This document shows positions 16,629-20,000 of a DNA stretch of 20,000 nt, piece by piece. Numbering within the stretch: position 1 is the first letter of the stretch; each line of letters opens with the position of its first letter. The translations under genes were made by a program, and so were the position numbers. The DNA comes from an uncultured virus (IMG/VR IMGVR_UViG_3300030103_005758) (lineage: Duplodnaviria; Heunggongvirae; Uroviricota; Caudoviricetes), in the IMG/VR virus record IMGVR_UViG_3300030103_005758; one strand, written 5' to 3'. The notes under the pieces are model-generated. The model made no database searches. It was given only the letters and a program-made list of their open reading frames with translations, and was not told the origin of the DNA.

Positions 16629-17557
16629 ATTACGCTACAGATAAAGTTGTATCATTTTCACAATATTCTACTTATAAATCTTGCCCCCATAAATGGTATT
16701 TAGAATATGTAAAAGGTCATAGGGATACAAAACCTAACATGTATTTTGTGTTTGGGACCGCTATACATGAAGCATTACAACATTATCTTCAAACTATGTT
16801 TGATACATCAGCTAAAAAAGCTGATGATTTTAATTTAAATTTATTCTTCAAAGAAAAAATGATTGAAGAGTATACTAAATATAAGAAAAAACATGGTCAT
16901 TTCGCTACACCAGAATTATTAAATGAATTTTATTCAGATGGTGTAGGAATATTAGATTGGTTTAAAAAACATAAGCGTGGTCGAAGAAATTATTTTTCAC
17001 CTCGTAAACATGAATTAAAAGGTATAGAGGTTCCTTTAATAACTAATCCAATTAAAGAAAGACCAAATATTAAGTATATGGGTTATATAGATTTAGTAAT
17101 CTATAATAAAAAACTAGATGAATATACTATATTTGATATTAAAACATCTACTAAAGGATGGAGTAAATGGGAAAAAGGAGATAAAACAAAACATAACCAA
17201 CTTTATCTTTACAAACAATATTATTCTGAATTATTTAAAGTACCATTAAGTAAAATAAATGTAGAATTTTATATTGTTAAACGTAAAGTATTAGATTTTG
17301 ATGATGAAAATTTAAAATCACCCCATCAAGCATACCGTGTCCAAAATTTTAAACCAGTTGATAATAAAAAACGTTTAAAAGATGCAAAAGAAGATTTTAT
17401 TTCCTTTATAAAAGAATGTTATACTGATACTGGTAATCCTATAGATAAAGAATTTGAAAAGAAAATTGATAAACCTTGTGATTGGTGTGACTTTGGAAAA
17501 AACAAAGATTTATGCGGAGCTTCACTAACTCCCGATGAAAAGTTTTTTAGTTTTTAA
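16619..17557 (+). CDS. PD-(D/E)XK nuclease, RecB/AddB/Cas4-like exonuclease
   Basis: SFSQYSTYKSCP, GTAIHEAL, E..., GYIDLV, IFDIKTS, QLYLY, C-terminal CDWCDF...C (Fe-S type Cys set). Confidence 0.88.
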   Translation: MEINYATDKVVSFSQYSTYKSCPHKWYLEYVKGHRDTKPNMYFVFGTAIHEALQHYLQTMFDTSAKKADDFNLNLFFKEKMIEEYTKYKKKHGHFATPELLNEFYSDGVGILDWFKKHKRGRRNYFSPRKHELKGIEVPLITNPIKERPNIKYMGYIDLVIYNKKLDEYTIFDIKTSTKGWSKWEKGDKTKHNQLYLYKQYYSELFKVPLSKINVEFYIVKRKVLDFDDENLKSPHQAYRVQNFKPVDNKKRLKDAKEDFISFIKECYTDTGNPIDKEFEKKIDKPCDWCDFGKNKDLCGASLTPDEKFFSF

Positions 17558-17590
17558 GAATCCATATATTTATATATATAAAAATAGATT

Positions 17591-17782
17591 ATGACAAAAA
17601 AAGAGTTACAACTAACAAGTGTTAAAGTTCATAAACACTTATTCGAAGAGTTTAAAATAGAGTGCGTTAAAACAAAATTTTCATTCCAAAAGCTTGCAGA
17701 CCGGGCTATTTGTTTGTATCTTACAGACGAAGATTTTAGAAAAGAAATTCATAATAAAACAAACTTAACACTAGACAATTAA
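17591..17782 (+). CDS. Small protein, possible ribbon-helix-helix DNA-binding protein
   Basis: LTSVKV strand followed by two helices (LFEEFKIEC, FQKLADRAICLYL); preceded by an ATATTTAT motif. Confidence 0.6.
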   Translation: MTKKELQLTSVKVHKHLFEEFKIECVKTKFSFQKLADRAICLYLTDEDFRKEIHNKTNLTLDN

Positions 17783-17788
17783 AATTTT

Positions 17789-19225
17789 ATGAGAGAGGGT
17801 TATTTACCAAAAGATCAAAGGAAAAAAATCCTGTTCCTTTGTGATGATATTCGTATGCATTCAGGTGTTGCTACAATGGCAAGAGAAATTGTAATAGGAA
17901 CCTGCCACAGGTATAATTGGGTTAACGTAGGAGCCGCAATTAATCATCCGGAAGTAGGAAAAAAATTAGATTTAAGCCAGGATACTGGTAATAGAGCAGG
18001 CGTTGAAGATGCTTCAGTATTTCTATATCCACAAAATGGGTATGGTGATACTACAATATTAAGACATTTTTTAGACCTTGAAAAACCAGATGCTGTATTT
18101 ATTTTTACTGATCCAAGATATTGGGAATGGTTATTCCAAATTGAAAATGAAGTTAGAGCAAAATGTCCATTAGCTTATTTAAATATTTGGGATGATCTAC
18201 CCGCACCTTTATATAATGAATCCTATTATGATTCATGTGATATGTTGTTAGGTATTTCAAAACAAACAGAAAATATTAATAGGCTAGTTTTAGGAGATAA
18301 AGCAAAAGATAAAATTATATCTTATGTACCTCATGGTATAAATGAAGAACAATTTTATCCAATTGATGAAAATCACGAAAAATGGAATGATCTTCAAACA
18401 GCTAAAAAACAACTATTTGGAGATGAAGAATATAAACATGTATTTTTCTTTAATTCAAGAAATATTAGAAGAAAAATGCCTTCTGATTTATTAGCTGCTT
18501 ATAAAATATTTAAAGAAAATTTACCCGAAGAAGAAAAAGATGATGTATGTTTAGTATTACATACCGCTCCAATAGATGGTAATGGTACTGATTTATATGC
18601 TGTTAGAGATTTATTATTAGGTCATGATAATAGTGTTAAATTCTCTACATCTAAATTATCTACAGAAGGTATGAATTATCTTTATAATTTAGCAGATGTA
18701 ACAGTCTTACCTTCTTCAAATGAAGGTTGGGGATTATCATTAACTGAATCAATGATGGCTGGAACTATGATAATTGCTAATGTTACAGGGGGAATGCAAG
18801 ATCAAATGAGATTTGAAGATGAAAATGGAGATTGGATTAAATTTGATGAAAATTTTCCTTCTAACCACTTTGGAACTTATAAAAAATGTGGAAAATGGGC
18901 TTTACCTATATTCCCATCCAACACAGCAATGGTAGGTTCACCTAAAACACCATACATTTGGGATGACAGATTAGATTTTAGAGAACTAGCAGATACATTA
19001 ATGCAGTCTTATAAAATGTCTAAAAAAGAAATTAAAGAAAGAGGATTAGCAGGAAGAGAATGGGTTACATCAGATGAATCTATGGCTTCAGCTAAAAATA
19101 TGAATAAAAATATTGTTAGTAATTTTGATAAATTATTTAAAACATGGAAACCACGTCCTAATTTTCACTTTAGTAAAATAGATGAATTACCAATAAAAAC
19201 ATTAACACATAAATTAGTATATTAG
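17789..19225 (+). CDS. Glycosyltransferase, GT-B fold (GT4-like)
   Basis: DDIRMHSGVA, YVPHG, NSRNIRRK, LYNLADVTVLPSSNEGWGLSLTESM (EX7E motif). Confidence 0.9.
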   Translation: MREGYLPKDQRKKILFLCDDIRMHSGVATMAREIVIGTCHRYNWVNVGAAINHPEVGKKLDLSQDTGNRAGVEDASVFLYPQNGYGDTTILRHFLDLEKPDAVFIFTDPRYWEWLFQIENEVRAKCPLAYLNIWDDLPAPLYNESYYDSCDMLLGISKQTENINRLVLGDKAKDKIISYVPHGINEEQFYPIDENHEKWNDLQTAKKQLFGDEEYKHVFFFNSRNIRRKMPSDLLAAYKIFKENLPEEEKDDVCLVLHTAPIDGNGTDLYAVRDLLLGHDNSVKFSTSKLSTEGMNYLYNLADVTVLPSSNEGWGLSLTESMMAGTMIIANVTGGMQDQMRFEDENGDWIKFDENFPSNHFGTYKKCGKWALPIFPSNTAMVGSPKTPYIWDDRLDFRELADTLMQSYKMSKKEIKERGLAGREWVTSDESMASAKNMNKNIVSNFDKLFKTWKPRPNFHFSKIDELPIKTLTHKLVY

Positions 19226-19227
19226 TT

Positions 19228-20000
19228 ATGAGTAAACCTTATATAGTAGTAAGTTGTCCAATTGATACTTATTCTGGTTATGGATCAAGAGCCAGAGATG
19301 TAGTCAGAGCATTAATGAGATCTGACAAATATGATGTAAAAATTTTATCACAAAGATGGGGTAACACACCTTATGGATTTTTAAATGAAGATAATCCTGA
19401 GGAGAAAAAAATGAAGGATGCTATCATCCCCCCTCAACTTCAAAGGCAACCTGATGTTTGGATCCAAATAACAGTTCCAGATGAATTTCAAAAATTAGGT
19501 AAATTTAATATTGGTATTACAGCCGGTATTGAAACTGATTTATGTGATGTAAGATTTATACAGGGAGCTAATAAGATGGATTTAATATTGGGTTCTTCAA
19601 ATCATAGTTTATATGCATTAAAAAACTCGCAGTATGAACAAAAGGATAAGGCAGGCCAAGTAGTAGGTATAATTAAATTAGAAGCACCTACAGATATTTT
19701 ATTTGAAGGGGTTGATTTAGAAAAATATTTTCCTATTGAACCAAAAGATCTACCTAAAACAGAATTGGTAAAATCTTTAGATACAGTTGAAGAAGATTTT
19801 AGTTTTTTATATGTAGGACATTGGTTAAGAGGTGCTATCGGTGAAGATAGAAAAAATACTGGTTTACTAGTTAAAACTTTTCTTGAAACATTTAAAAATA
19901 GAAAAAAAGCACCTGCATTAATTATGAAAACTATGACAGGTCCTGCTTCTATTATGGATAGAGATGCAATATTAAAGAAGATTGATGCTATTAGAAAAAG
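19228..20000 (+). CDS. Second GT-B glycosyltransferase, 3'-truncated by window edge (absent from the ORF track)
   Basis: ATG at 19228 reads MSKPYIVVSCPIDTYSGYGSRARD...GITAGIET...FEGVD...FLYVGHWL...DRKN, open to the window end. Confidence 0.8.
   Translation, partial: MSKPYIVVSCPIDTYSGYGSRARDVVRALMRSDKYDVKILSQRWGNTPYGFLNEDNPEEKKMKDAIIPPQLQRQPDVWIQITVPDEFQKLGKFNIGITAGIETDLCDVRFIQGANKMDLILGSSNHSLYALKNSQYEQKDKAGQVVGIIKLEAPTDILFEGVDLEKYFPIEPKDLPKTELVKSLDTVEEDFSFLYVGHWLRGAIGEDRKNTGLLVKTFLETFKNRKKAPALIMKTMTGPASIMDRDAILKKIDAIRK

Noticed and set aside
16619..17557. Cas4-like protein as evidence of CRISPR-Cas
   Set aside because: No array or other cas genes are seen; solo RecB/Cas4-like exonucleases are common in phage replication modules.

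Overview
AT-rich, densely packed, all plus-strand segment of a large dsDNA (T4-like/jumbo-type) bacteriophage genome. The host is probably a Bacteroidota/Flavobacteriia member, inferred from TTG-N19/20-TATATT(TA) promoters, mostly SD-less starts and a Bacteroidota-style lipoprotein. The window holds the replication module: a family B DNA polymerase SPLIT into two genes (3299-5035 and 7203-8126) separated by three unrelated ORFs, a sliding clamp, clamp-loader subunits and a PD-(D/E)XK exonuclease. It also holds a chaperone cluster (Hsp20, GroES, GroEL) and many modification or sugar enzymes interleaved with the core genes: a carbamoyltransferase N-domain, three 2OG-Fe(II) oxygenases, a flavin-dependent halogenase-like protein, a mannose-6-P isomerase-like cupin, a eukaryote-type phosphomannomutase, two MazG-superfamily-like proteins and two glycosyltransferases. 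The two strongest observations are the intein-free split PolB carrying cargo genes, and two hairpins flanking hsp20 whose loops (TAGGGC / GCCCTA) are exactly complementary, suggesting a 5'-3' kissing-loop or long-range RNA switch. All family assignments are from motif recognition only; no searches were run.
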